A stretch of DNA of 64,000 nucleotides, from assembly GCF_006345805.1 (NCBI RefSeq), contig NC_042999.1, positions 7,812,001 to 7,876,000 of the forward strand. Reading direction: 5' to 3'. The notes below the pieces were generated by a model. That model worked only from the letters and a program-made list of their open reading frames with translations, made no database searches and was not told the origin of the DNA. This stretch comes from Octopus sinensis (Eukaryota). The stretch's first letter is position 1; every line of letters starts with the position of its first letter. Both the position numbers and the translations under genes were made by a program. Positions 13,245 to 26,780 of the stretch are shown here, piece after piece.

Positions 13245-16200
13245 TCATAGGACTATGCTCAAGGTGGCTTCGTCATTCATACGTGCCATTCTTGCTACAT
13301 TCACCCATCTTTTTTTAAAACATTCGCTAGACAAAACTTGCCTCTCTACTCTCACTTTCCTTTTCAAGTGGTACTTGAAGAAGTTGATGAGAGATTGACC
13401 AGAGAGGAAAGTGTTTGTCTCCAATCCTTTCAGACGCGTCCACCAGATACATTCTTTCGCCATAGCCACAAGGATGATGAAAATAGCTCTTCCTTCCCGT
13501 TTGAAGGAAGGAGGCGTGACAATATTGACGATAGACTCAGCTGATAAACCGACTCGTCCCACACGTGACAGCAGTTGTTCGACATAAGCCCACAGGTCGG
13601 AAATTGTTGGACACTGAACGAGTGCGTGCAGAACGGTTTCGTCGCTCTGACCGCATCTCGGGCAGGTCGGCCCCGTGTTTCTCGAGCCGTGTCTGTAGAG
13701 CTTATCCCGAACGGGTAGCGCTTCTCGGTAGCACTGCCAGGCCAGGGATCTCTGGAAGTTGTCCATGGGCCCTGGCCCGAAAGTCGTCCCGAACAGGCGG
13801 GTCAGGTACTCCTCGTCGACGTCCAGGTTCGCCCCGAGCTCGTCGTCGTACCTCCACTAAACCCCTATAGAATGCTTTGGTTGTGTTGAAGTCACTTAAG
13901 GTCGACCCAGGACGGCAGAGTTGCTTGAGAGCAACGCGACACTCGCGGTGCCATTCGCCCTTCCTCGGCCTCTTTTTGATCCACGACTGCAGTTCGGTCA
14001 TGGAGACGAGCTGCGGGAAAGCGTGCCTCACAAACGGCGACCACACCTGTTCACCGTCGTCTACATAGAGCCAGAGATGTCGCAGTCTCAGCGCGTGCGT
14101 GCCCAGCCCAGCCCTCCTTTTAACGGGTGTTGACAGCAAATGGATCGCCTGACCATCGGGACGCATCCTTTCCACAAGAAGCGAAAGAGGATGCGTTGTA
14201 GTTTGGTGATGGTAGGGTCGGGACAAGGTACGACGGTCAGGCGGTAGTAGATGACGGACGCGATGTACGTGTTCGCCACCTCCGCTCGACCTTTTAGGGA
14301 CAGTTTCCTCTCGGCCCATTGCCGGGCGAGAGTGACCACCCTACTCGTTATCTCGTTCCAGTTCTTCTCCACTTGGAGGTCCGGACCAAACCAGACCCCG
14401 AGCAACTCAACCGGGCCGTCGGTCCAGCGTCCCACGACGGAGGCGCTGGTGGACGGCATGGGCTTGCTTCTCCAGGTGCCTAGTCGCAAGCCCACTGACT
14501 TTTCCCGGTTGATTTTCGCTCCTGTCACCGCTTCGTAGTTTTTCAGTGTCTCGCCGCCGACAGCTCGATGTGCTCGTGGCTAGACACTATGACGGTGACG
14601 TCGTCCGCGTATGCAGACACGCTCGTCCCGCATCCCAATTCTCGCGGGATGCCCCTTAGAGTCGCCAGCTTCCGCAGTAGTGGCTCAAGAGTCAATACGT
14701 ATAGAAGCGCCGAGAGGGGGCATCCCTGACGGACCGAACGTGCAATGTCGAAAGGTCTCGATAGATGTCCATTTACGCGAATTACCGAACGGATGCCTCT
14801 GTACAAGGCAGCTATCCAGCCGCGGAAGACGGGACCGAAACCAGCCGCTCTCAGGACTGCCTCCCAGTATCGATGGTCTACTACCCTATCAAAGGCTTTT
14901 GATTGATCCAAGTTGATCAGGGCCCCACCCATGCCAGGTTCGTTAACTACCCTGTCTATGATGTAGCGCATCAGATGGAGGTTGTCATGGATGGTCCGGC
15001 CTGGCACGGCGCATGTTTGCGCCTTGTCGACCAGTTTCTCGATGACAAGCGCCAACCTCTTGGCTAGCACCTTGGCCAAAATTTTCAAGTCTGCATTAAG
15101 CAGAGTGATGGGCCTAAAGTTATCTATTACATTTCCCTTGTTTAGATCTTTCTTCAGCAGTGTTACGGCTCCTCGGCTCACAAAACCAGGAATGCTCCCG
15201 TTTTGCTGCCAGTTGCAGTACACCGCCGCCAAGAGATCTCCAAACAAGTCTGGCATACAATTGTAAAGCTCGTAGGGTAGACCATCCAAACCCGGTGATT
15301 TGTCCCTCGAGCATTCTGCCATCGCTTCCCGCACTTCCGCCGCCGTGATGGCACCTTCGCAGCACCCTGCCTTTCTTGTCGAGAGTCGTGGTAGGCTATG
15401 TAGGTAGGCACTGAAGTCCACCCTACGTTCTTGCCCTCCACTCGTTCCGAACAGTCGGGCAAAATGCTGCTGAAAGGCCTCACACATTTTACTTGGCTCG
15501 AGCAATTCGCGCCCCTGTTCATCTACCAGTGACCGAATGGTGGCTTTGTTGCCCTGTTGCGCCTCTGCCACCCGGGCCTCTCTCGCGGCTCCAACACCTT
15601 CGTTCCTTAGAGCACGCATCCTAGCTCTGACAGCACATCCTTCGTGTTTGGCGTTGAAGTGTTGGTCGAGGGCCAACCTCGCCGCCAAAACGTCGGATGC
15701 GATGCCGCTTCTAATTGCCTCTTCTAGCTTTAACTTAACTAGCTCACCCTCTACTCTATTTCTATCTATGGCTAGTGCTTTGCTGTACCTAATCGCTTCT
15801 GCTTTTACTGCTCTCTTGAGGGCAAACCACCATTTGTTGTTGATGATGGCTCCCGTCAAAGCCCTCTTTACTAGTGTGCTAATCCGGTCTCTGAAAACTT
15901 GTCTCGATGGGAAAGACGCGTTTAGTTTCCAGTATCCGGGACCCTGCCTAAGTGTCTTACCTAAGTCTAGCGTACATGTCACAAGTTTGTGATCCGTGTA
16001 GCTGACTATGTGGAATTGTGGACATCCTATGCTATCTCTATCTACTGTCCTACACAGTATCCTATCTAGATACGATCTCGACGACCCGATGCGGTTGCTC
16101 CATGTCCACGTTGGCGCATTCGGGTGGTCTAGTCGAAACCTGTCAGACAGTTGAAAGCGTCTGAGCAGGTCTCTGAGGCATTTGCATCCCCGTCTATTCC

Positions 16201-16666
16201 TATCTCTACCCACGTAGTCTACATGCGTGTCCAAGGTAGCATTCCAATCCCCCACTAAGAGTAAAGGACGAGACGTTCCCAAGAAACTTCTAGACGTTGA
16301 AAGAAATCCGCCCGACCTGTTAAGGGCGGTGCGTAAACTGATACGAGCCGAAAAGCGCACCCATTGCTGCCGTCGACATCCAGGACGACCAGTCTACCCT
16401 CCGGGTCTACGAATATTGTCCTTACATTGAGATCCAGACTCTTGTGAAAAAGTACCGCGGTGCCACTACCGCCCATTCTCGGCAGACAGGGGAAAAATAA
16501 ATGTTGAACTGTCCGCCAAACATGGTCTTTAGGGCCCGCGGATTGTGGAGTCTGGTCTCGCTTATGGCTATGATTTCTAACTTATGTGACTTTATGTCAT
16601 TTAAGAGGTACCCTTGTTTCCAAGGGACCCCAAGCCACGCGCATTTACACAACCAATCTTGATCAT
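13245..16666 (-). pseudogene. ORF2 of copy B (APE-RT-CCHC), several small indels
   Basis: Starts MIKIGCVNA at 16666; 605-aa segment with VGDWNA, SYLDRIL, YTDHK, KSPGLDGL, RQGCPLS, YADD; C-terminal CPRCGQSDETVLHALVQC. Confidence 0.92.
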
Positions 16667-16697
16667 AGTTCTAATGAATTAGAATACAGAGGGTTAC

Positions 16698-18711
16698 TTA
16701 CTGCTCGAAAGTTTTTGCTTTCTCCTCCGTTGGTTTGTCCTCGAGAAGATCCCAGTACAGTTTCTTTGTGAGATATTTTTGGCATTTACCAACCGCACTG
16801 GGGAAAATGCCTTTGAGTGTGTGGTGCAGACTTTTGGAGATGTGTATTATTTTGATGTGGTCTGGTGGTGTTGTGTATGGGTGGTTGTTTGTTTTTATGT
16901 CATCTTCTGTTATGTTTGTTTTTGATTGGATGTATTCCATCAAATTTGTGTTTTTGGTGTCTATGGCTGTGAGCATGTTTGCTGTATATGTTTTTGTGGT
17001 GTTGGTGTGGCTGTTGTTTGCGTTGGGTTTTGAAATGTCTTCGGGAGATGTATTTCCCCCTGCTTTGTTCGTGTTTGCATTTGGTTTGGTTGTGTTTCTG
17101 CTCTTTATTTTCCTTCTTTTTGTAGCTATTTGCCATTCCTCACTGGTCGTTCGTCGTCTCCGACGAAATTTCTGAGGAATCAGAAGGGGGTAGGGGTATG
17201 TTGTGGGCTTCTATGTATGTCTGTGTAAGTGGTTGTGTTGTTGTTTTCGTTGTTGTTGGTTGTTGAGTGTTTGTGTGTGTTGAGTGCGGTATAAGGGATG
17301 GGGGATCAGTTTGTGTGTGTTTTCTTTGTTTTTCTGTTCCTTTGGGTTTTGCTGTTGATGGTAGTGTTGGTATTTTTCCAGGTGTCGAGTGGTTTTTGGT
17401 TGATGACGGATTAGCTTGGTGTGCTTCTCTTGTCGTCTTCTGTGTTGATGGTGGTGTGGGTAGTAGAGCTTTTTTTCCGGAGTGCTTTGGTTGTGGTAGT
17501 GGTTGTTGTTGTTGCTCTTGGTGTGCAGTGGTTGGGCACGTCTTTTTCAAGTGTGTTTCGCTTCCACACAAATAGCAGCGTGGTCGCCTGCCCTCTACCA
17601 CTATATAGAGTTTGTAGCCTCCTGGCAGTTCTATAGCGGTGGGTATCTTCTCTCTTGCTGCTTCATCCAATTGAAGCAGGAATTCGATTGATTTGCCCAC
17701 ATAGTCTTTCTCTCCTAGAACCGCGATTTCCAGGATGTTTGTCTCTGACATTGTCTCTGACATTTCAAAGCAGATGGCAGAGACCACCCATTGTGTTTCG
17801 ACATCAAATGGTATGTTTTTTATTTGGACTTTCGTGACCCTTTTGTTTAAATAGACTGGTATCATTACCAAGTCGTCCGAATGTAGCTCCAATGTGGAAA
17901 AACGTTTTGCTAAACTTTCGTTGAGGAAACGTACTTGGACTGTACCAAATTTGTTTCCCCAACTGATATATTCCTTGGAGTCCCATACAGGACGAAGGCA
18001 TTTATCGATTTTTTCCTGCGGTGCATTTTCTGTTCTTCTTGTTTTTTTGTTTATTACTTTATAAATTATTGTTTTTTTTTGCGTGTTTTCCACGATGTGT
18101 TGTGGAATATGAAGGTGCAATTTGTCTCCTTCTTTGGAGAAGAGTGCCTTTGTGCGGTTTATCTCTTGTGTGGTGAATGTTACAATTGTTCTTTTTTGTT
18201 TTGTTACGTCCGCAAAATTCGTTTTGAATTTGGCAGTAGAAGTGTTAATTGTGGCAGTGTTAATTGAAGTCATGGTAGTGGTGTTGGTGTTGGCGGTATT
18301 AGCAGCAGAAGGCTTGGATGTAGCATTTGACGTCGTAGTAGTGGTGTTGGTGTTGGCGGTGTTGTCTTTGGTAGGCGGCTTTGTGCCAATTTCGTTGTTG
18401 TTGTTGTTGGTGGTGATGGTGGTGGTGCTGGCATTCATGTTTTCGTTTGTATTCATTTTTGAAATCCCTTTCTCTGTCCCTTTATCATCAACAAGTGGTG
18501 TGGGGAGTGAGGGGAAATCTAAGTTAATGTCTTTGGTCGCGGCGATGGTGAATGCGACGTTAGATTTGTTGTTGTTGTTGTTGGTGGTGGTGATGGTGGT
18601 GACAGCGGTGTTCACGCTGCGATGTTTAGCAGCTAGTGGTAGCAATAGTGTTTTGCTACCGTTCTGCATGACTGGCGGGCTAGCCACGTGGTTTCTAGTT
18701 GCCATTTTCAA
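16698..18711 (-). pseudogene. ORF1 of copy B (Thr/Asn-rich N-terminus, CCHC knuckle)
   Basis: 523-aa ORF 17140..18711 with PRCYLCGSETHLKKTC; central block aligns by eye to A ORF1; continues in 16698..16976. Confidence 0.85.
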
Positions 18712-18922
18712 AATGAAAAATGGCTAAAAAACCCACGAAAGTTTTGAAAGTTTTTTTGTAATTTCGCCCATACAGGGCGGAATTCTACGTGAATAATTCT
18801 CAGGTTTTTTAGTGAATGAATTTGCACAACGATTAAAACAAAATATTTGACAACAAGGAGTTTTAAACATGTAAAAGTGGCCAACTTACTTGGAGCCGAT
18901 ATGACTAGCGTCCGTCCATTGT

Positions 18923-18954
18923 GATAGATGATAGATAAAGATAGATAGATAGAT

Positions 18955-19036
<82 letters not shown>

Positions 19037-19055
19037 GATAGATAGATAGATAGAT

Positions 19056-19086
<31 letters not shown>

Positions 19087-19182
19087 ATAGATAGATAATG
19101 GATGGTAATAGATAGATAGATAGTATAGATAGATAGATAGATAGATAGAGAGATAGATAGATAGAGAATAGATAGATAAGAG

Positions 19183-19216
<34 letters not shown>

Positions 19217-19434
19217 TATAGATAGATAGATAGATAGATAATGATGATATAGAAACTTTTCTTTAATTAGCCCACAGGCTGAATACAGAGGGGACAATAC
19301 ATATAGATAGATAAGATAGATAAAGATAGATAGATAGATAGATAGATAGATTGATAGATGGAAGATAATAGATAATAGATGGAAAGATAATAGATAGATA
19401 GGATAGATAGATATTAGAGATAGATAAAGAAAAT
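18923..19434. repeat. Degenerate (GATA)n between copies B and C, containing a ~45-bp retro-tail fragment
   Basis: gata variants; 19254-19300 resembles the Tx1/SINE 3' tail. Confidence 0.85.
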
Positions 19435-22107
19435 AGTTTTTCTTTATTAGCCACACAGGGCTGCACACAGATAAACAATTACAAGGTAGCTTTCTTTTTG
19501 AAGTAAAAAAAAAAAAAAAATATAAATAATAAAATAAAAAGGGGGTCGATCAAAAGGGATCGTAAAAGGAGAGAAAGAGGACAAAAAAAGGGGGTAAAAA
19601 AAAAGGGGGAGAGGAAAAAAAATTGATCAATAGGGATCGTTATCACAGAAATGTCAATATGAAGTGTAAAGGGGAGGACAGGTGAGGTTTACCCGTGGAA
19701 AGAAAAGCCTACGGAAAAGACCACGGTAACCTCGGTCAATGAAGTCACATGTTATATTTCTTTTTTTTTTTTTTTGCAAATAAGCAACTCTCTGTATTAA
19801 TTTTTACGGTTCATAGAATCATAGTCAAGGTGGCTTCGTCATTCATACGTGCCATCCTTGCTACATTCACCCATCTTTTTTTAAAACATTCACTAGACAA
19901 AACTTGCCTCTCTACTCTCACTTTTCTTTTCAAGTGATACTTGAAGAAGTTGATGAGAGATTGACCAGAGAGGAAAGTGTTTGTCTCTAATCCTTTCAGA
20001 CGCGTCCACCAGATACATTCTTTCGCCATAGCCAAAGTATGATAAAATAGCTCTTCCTTCTCGTTTGAAGGAAGAGGCGTGACGATATTAACGATAGACT
20101 CGGCTGATAAACCGACACGTCCCACACGTGACAGCAGTCGTTCGACATAAGCCCACAGGTGGAAATCGCTGGACACTGCACGATTGCGTGCAGAGCGGTT
20201 TCGTCGCTCTGCCCGCATCTCGGGCAGGTCGGCCCCGTGTTTCTCGAGCCATGCCTATAGAGCTTATCCCGAACGGGTAGCGCTTCTCGGTAGCACCGCC
20301 AGGCCAGGGATCTCTGGAAGTTGTCCATAGGTCCCGGGCCGAAAGTCGTTTGAAACAGGCGGGTCAGGTATTCCTCGTCGACGCCCAGGTTTGCACCGAG
20401 CTCGTCGTCGTACCTCCCCTCCACTAATCCCCTATAGAATGCTTTGGTTGTGTTGAAGTCACTCAAGGTCGACCCGGGACGGCAGAGTTGCTTGAGAGCA
20501 ACGCGACACTCGCGGTGCCATTCGCCCTTCTTCGGCCTCTTTTTGATCCACGACTGTAGTTCGGTCATGGAGACGAGTTGCGGGAATGCGTGCCTCACAA
20601 ACGGCGACCACACCTGTTCACCGTCGTCTACATAGAGCCGGAGATGTCGCAGTCTCAGCGCGTGTCTGCGCATCATCAACCACGGCATGCCCAGCCCTCC
20701 TTTTAACGGGTGTTGACAGCAAATGGATCGCCTGACCATCGGGACGCATCCTTTCCACAAGAAGCGGAAGAGGATGCGTTCTAGTTGGTGATGGTAGGGT
20801 CGGGACAAGGTACGACGGTCAGGCGGTAGTAGATGATGGACGCGATGTACGCGTTCACCACCTCCGCCCGACCTTTTAGGGACAGTTTCCTCTCGGCCCA
20901 TTGCTGCGAGAGTGACCACCCTACTCGTTATCTCGTTCCAGTTCTTCTCCATTGGAGGTCCGGACCGAACCAGACCCCGAGCAACTCAACCGGGCCGTCT
21001 GTCCAGCGTCCCACGACGGAGACTGGTGGACGGCATGGGCTTGCTTCTCCAGGTGCCGAGCCGCAAGCCCACTGACTTTTCCCGGTTGATTTTTGCTCCT
21101 GTCACCGCTTCGTAGTCTTTCAGTGTCTCGCCGCCACCCGCTCGATGTGCTCGTGGCTTGACACTATGACGGTGACGTCGTCCGCGTATGCAGACACGCT
21201 CGTCCCGCATCCTAATTCTCGCGGGATGCCCCTCAGAGTCGCCAGCTTCCGCAGTAGTGGCTCAAGAGTCAATACGTATAGAAGCGCCGAGAGGGGGCAT
21301 CCGTGACGGACCGAACGTGCAATGGTCGAAGGTTTCTCGATAGATGTCCATTTACGCGAATTACCGAACGGATGCCCCTGTACAAGGCACTATCCAGCCG
21401 CGGAAGCGGGACCGAAACCAGCCGCTCTCAGGACTGCCTCCAAGTATCGATGGTCTACTACCTATCAAGGCTTTCGATTGATCCAAGTTGATCAGGGCCC
21501 CACCCATGCCAGGTTCGTTAACTACCCTGTCTATGATGTAGCGCATCAGATGGAGGTTGTCATGGATGCTCCGGCCCGGCACGGCGCACGTTTGTGCGTT
21601 GTCGACCAGTTTCCTCTCCATGACAAGCGCCAACCTCTTGGCTAACACCTTTGTCAAAATTTCAGGTCTGCATTGAGCAGAGTGATTGGCCTAAAGTTAT
21701 CTATAATGTTCCCTTGTTTGGATCTTTCTTCAGCAGAGTTACAGCTCCTCGACTCACACAAACCGGGTATGCTCCCGTTTTGCTGCCAGTTGCAGTAGTA
21801 TACCGCTGCCAAACGTCTCCAAACAAGTCTGGCATACAATAGTAAAATTCGTAGGGTAGACCATCCAAACCCGGTGATTTTCCCCTCGAGCATTTGCCCT
21901 CAGCATTCTTCCCTCGCTCCCGCACTTCCGCCGCCGTGATGGCACCTTCGCAGCACCCTGCTTTTCTTGTCGAGAGTCGTAGCAGGCTATGTAGGTAGGC
22001 ACTGAAGTCTACCCTACGTTCTTGCCCTCCACTCGTCCCGAACAGTCGGGCAAAATGCTGCTGAAAGGCCTCACACATTTTACTTGTCTCGAGCAATTCG
22101 CGCCCCT
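19435..22107 (-). mobile_element. 5'-truncated Tx1 copy C (subfamily 2), many indels
   Basis: RT, C-terminal CCHC region and 3'UTR closely match B; truncated at cgcgcccct|atagattg. Confidence 0.9.
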
Positions 22108-22162
22108 ATAGATTGATAGATGGATGGATAGATGGATAGATTGATAGATGGATGGATAGATG

Positions 22163-22234
<72 letters not shown>

Positions 22235-22298
22235 TAGATAGATTGATAGATGGATGGATAGATGGATAGATTGATAGATGGATGGATAGAAGGATAGG

Positions 22299-22371
<73 letters not shown>

Positions 22372-22428
22372 TGATAGATGGATGGATAGATGGATAGATT
22401 GATAGATGGATGGATAGATGGATAGATA
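22108..22428. repeat. (GATA/GATG)n between copies C and D
   Basis: Compound gata/gatg run. Confidence 0.9.
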
Positions 22429-24367
22429 TGTTTCTTTATTAGCCACACAGGGCTGCACACAGATAGAACAAATTACAAGGTAGAGCTTTTCTTTTGAAGG
22501 TTTAAAAAAAAAAGGAAGGGGAGTTTCGATCAAAAGGGATCGTAAAAGGAGAGAAAGAGGACAAAAAAAGGGGGGTTTAAAAAATAAAGGGGGAGAGGAA
22601 AAAAAAATTGATCAATAGGGATCGTTATCACAGAAATGTCAATATGAAGTGTAAAGGGGAGGACAGGTGAGGTTTACCCGTGGAAAGAAAAGCCTACGGA
22701 AAAGACCACGGTAAACTCGGTCAATGAAGTCACATTTTATATTTCTTTTTTTTTTTTTGCAAATAAGCAACTCTCTGTTTTCGATTTCTGGGTTCATAGG
22801 ACTATGCTCAAGGTGGCTTCGTCATTCATACGTGCCATTCTTGCTACATTCACCCATCTTTTTTTAAAACATTCGCTAGACAAAACTTGCCTCGCTACTC
22901 TCACTTTCCTTTTCAAGTGGTACTTGAAGAAGTTGATGAGAGATTGACCAGAGAGGAAAGTGTTTGACTCCAATCCTTTCAGACGCGTCCACCAGATACA
23001 TTCTTTCGCCATAGCCACAAGGATGATGAAAATAGCTCTTCCTTCCCGTTTGAAGGAAGGAGGCGTGACAATATTGACGATAGACTCAGCTGATAAACCG
23101 ACTCGTCCCACACGTGACAGCAGTTGTTCGACATAAGCCCACAGGTCGGAAATTGTTGGACACTGAACGAGTGCGTGCAGAACGGTTTCGTCGCTCTGAC
23201 CGCATCTCGGGCAGGTCGGCCCCGTGTTTCTCGAGCCGTGTCTGTAGAGCTTATCCCGAACGGGTAGCGTTTCTCGGTAGCACTGCCAGGCCAGGGATCT
23301 CTGGAAGTTGTCCATGGACCCTGGCCCGAAAGTCGTCCCGAACAGGCGGGTCAGGTACTCCTCGTCGACGTCCAGGTTCGCCCCGAGCTCGTCGTCGTAC
23401 CTCCCCTCCACTAAACCCCTATAGAATGCTTTGGTTGTGTTGAAGTCACTTAAGGTCGACCCAGGACGGCAGAGTTGCTTGAGAGCAACGCGACACTCGC
23501 GGTGCCATTCGCCCTTCCTCGGCCTCTTTTTGATCCACGACTGCAGTTCGGTCATGGAGACGAGCTGCGGGAAAGCGTGCCTCACAAACGGCGACCACAC
23601 CTGTTCACCGTCGTCTACATAGAGCCAGAGATGTCGCAGTCTCAGCGCGTGTCTGCGCATCATCAACCACGGCATGCCCAGCCCTCCTTTTAACGGGTGT
23701 TGACAGCAAATGGATCGCCTGACCATCGGGACGCATCCTTTCCACAAGAAGCGAAAGAGGATGCGTTGTAGTTTGATGATGGTAGGGTCGGGACAAGGTA
23801 CGACGGTCAGGCGGTAGTAGATGACGGACGCGATGTACGTGTTCGCCACCTCCGCTCGACCTTTTAGGGACAGTTTCCTCTCGGCCCATTGCCGGCGAGA
23901 GTGACCACCCTACTCGTTATCTCGTTCCAGTTCTTCTCCACTTGGAGGTCCGGACCAAACCAGACCCCGAGCAACTCAACCGGGCCGTCTGTCCAGCGTC
24001 CCACGACGGAGGCGCTGGTGGACGGCATGGGCTTGCTTCTCCAGGTGCCTAGTCGCAAGCCCACTGACTTTTCCCGGTTGATTTTCGCTCCTGTCACCGC
24101 TTCGTAGTTTTTCAGTGTCTCGCCGACCAGCTCGATGTGCTCGTGGCTAGACACTATGACGGTGACGTCGTCCGCGTATGCAGACACGCTCGTCCCGCAT
24201 CCCAATTCTCGCGGGATGCCCCTTAGAGTCGCCAGCTTCCGCAGTAGTGGCTCAAGAGTCAATACGTATAGAAGCGCCGAGAGGGGGCATCCCTGACGGA
24301 CCGAACGTGCAATGTCGAAAGGTCTCGATAGATGTCCATTTACGCGAATTACCGAACGGATGCCTCT
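22429..24367 (-). mobile_element. 5'-truncated Tx1 copy D (subfamily 2), nearly identical to B
   Basis: ORFs 23864..24430 and 22794..23849 encode RT (QGCPLS, YADD) through to the CCHC finger with one frameshift near 23890; the 5' break abuts (GATA)n at 24368-24400. Confidence 0.92.
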
Positions 24368-24881
24368 GATAGATAGATAGATAGATAGATAGATAATTAG
24401 ATACATACATACGTATATACATGCATACATACATAAAAAAATTTAAAGACTGCAATAACCATTCGATTTATATAATTTAGCATATTTGAAAAATGTGTCT
24501 TGGAGAATGTCGCTAAAATTCCGTACAAATATTTCAACATAAATATCTTACCATTCCACATACTGTGACGTTTGTACATAAACAAACCAAACATAACTTC
24601 AAACACACGGTTGACGTGATGCGGGTAGCTAAATATGTCGTATCAGATACAATTGTAGAATTAAAATAAGTCTTAGAGAAAAGAAACTTCCAGCTGAGAA
24701 GAACATTATATTTAATCGCGATTCAAATTTATGAAAACTTTTAAAGAACATCACCATCTATTTAAATTGAAGATAAATCACCATTAAATGAACAAAAATA
24801 ATTCTAACTATAAGTAGAAATCTCCGTCGTCCCAACGGCGACTGCAATTACGGAATGGCGGAGTTACCATTTGAAATAAAA

Positions 24882-25179
24882 TCTTTATATATAAATGTGA
24901 AGTCGTGTGTCTGTCTCCTACGATTTAGATTCCTAACTACTCCCACATTTTGCGGTGCAGTTTAACCAAAAGCGGATATCTTATAGTCGTGATTCATATC
25001 GAGCCCTTCTGGGGATTTGCGCGCGTCTACGATGAGTCTACGATTAAAAAAAAAATTATCATCATTTTTTCCCATTTTTAATGCATTTTTTTGCTATTAT
25101 ATAAGGGAAGTAACTCTCTAAAAATGCTTATATAGTTATTTCCCTTACAAACCCGAGCAACGCCGGGCGATACTGCTAG
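24882..25179 (+). mobile_element. Non-autonomous Helitron
   Basis: 5' TC (a|tctttatatataaa), 3' hairpin cccg-agcaacgc-cggg followed by CTAG, inserted between A24881 and T25180 with no TSD. Confidence 0.75.
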
Positions 25180-25899
25180 TATTATATAAAGGAAATGTGC
25201 AATCTGTGAAGTCGCGTGGCCTTGTGTTTAGAATGTTGTATTTACGATTGCAAGAACAGGGTTTCGATTTCCGTTCCGAATCGGGAGACGCGTTATGTTC
25301 TTGAGCAAAACACATCGTTTCGCGTTGTTCCATTCTGCTCAGCGCTAAATGAGTAACTCTGCGATAGACTGGCATCGCGATGAGGAGAAAGGATGTTATT
25401 ATGGTCACTTGTACGCCGTGGAAGTCGATAGTTGGCTCCGTGACTTCTACGGCTTGAAACAGTCTTAATTGAGTAATGACACCATATGTGCAATCTGGAC
25501 TTAGATGTTTGCTTTGGCAAAAGTTGAAACGTCTCTGGAATATCGAACAATTAAAACTAGTTTTAAGCACGAAACACCTTAATTAAAAGGCTAAATGGAT
25601 TATCAAAAGTAAGCTAATTCGTGTGACTGAATCATCGGAATTAACAAAGGATAATAATCTCGCCGTAAACAAAGGCATCAAAGAGAGATACATGCTACAA
25701 TAACAACTTCAATGCAAAATGATTTCAGACAGAAATACACCCTAATGCTAATAGCAGGCAGGGATAAGGAGGAGGGTGGGACGGGCAGGGTACGATAAGC
25801 AGGGTACGGCAGGCACGGTACGACAGGCACACCTCCTTTGCTCAAGGGACAATTTATTTGAAATTCAAATTTTGGCTGAAGGAACTCCCTGCAAGTGGT

Positions 25900-26128
25900 T
25901 TGAACTGTGGCAGAAACGTTAGCACGCCAGGCGAAATGCGTTGCCGTATTTCGTCTACCGCTACGTTCTGAGTTCAAATTCCGCCGAGGTCGACTTTACC
26001 TTTCATCCTTTCGGGGTTGATTAAATAAGTACCAGTTACGCACTGGGGTCGATGTAATCGACTTAATCCGTTTGTCTGTCCTTGTTTGTACCCTCTGTGT
26101 TTAGCCCCTTGTGGGCAATAAAGAAATA
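25900..26128 (+). mobile_element. SINE S2 ending in Tx1-like tail
   Basis: Head, core, then ...ctctgtgtttagccccttgtgggcaataaagaaata followed by unique flank. Confidence 0.8.
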
Positions 26129-26391
26129 AATATATAAGAAAAGGACCATTTTAATAACAGCTTATGTAGTAAAGTAATTGCAGGAAATTCTTTAAAACAC
26201 ACAATGTAAAAGTATCTAAAAGTAACAGGGTACTTTAAATTCCATTGCCGATTCAGCGTAAGGATCTGAAGCCGCGCAATCAACATACAATGAAGGCTCC
26301 TGTGTCATGGTGAGCCTATAACATAAAACATAAAGTTTTATTTCAGCGAAGAGACATTTTAGTCTCGTAGTAATGAAGTCTAACATGAAGT

Positions 26392-26780
26392 GGGTGTAAG
26401 CACTCCGTCAGCTACGACGATGAGGGTTCCGGTTGATCCGAATCAACGGAACAGCCTGCTCGTGAAATTAACGTGTAAGTGGCTGAGCACTCCACAGTCA
26501 CGTGTACCTTTAACGTAGTTCTCGGGGATATTCAGCGTGACACAGAGTGACAAGGCCGACCCTTTGAAATACAGGTACAACAGAAACAGGAAGTAAGAGT
26601 GAGAGGAAGTTGTGGTGAAAGAGTACAGCAGAGATCACCACCATCCCCTGCCGGAGCCTCGTGGAGCTTTTTAGGTGTTTTCGCTCAATAAACTCTCACA
26701 ACGCCCGGTCTGGGAATCGAAACCGCGGTCGTATGACCGCGAGTCCGCTGCCCTAACCACTGGGCCATTGCGCCTCCACA
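26392..26780 (-). mobile_element. SINE S1 with 11-bp TSD
   Basis: Reverse complement of 5748-6131; TSD taacatgaagt at 26381-26391 and 26781-26791. Confidence 0.9.

Larger units (their letters stand above)
12846..18922 (-). mobile_element. Full-length Tx1/L1-clade retrotransposon, copy B (subfamily 2)
   Basis: Same architecture as A; 3' end ...gcagccctgtgtggctaataaagaaaca then (TATC)n. Confidence 0.92.

Noticed and set aside
7393-24369. Plus-strand and alternate-frame ORFs over the Tx1 copies
   Set aside because: Shadows of GC-rich ORF2; they recur only because the copies are near-identical.
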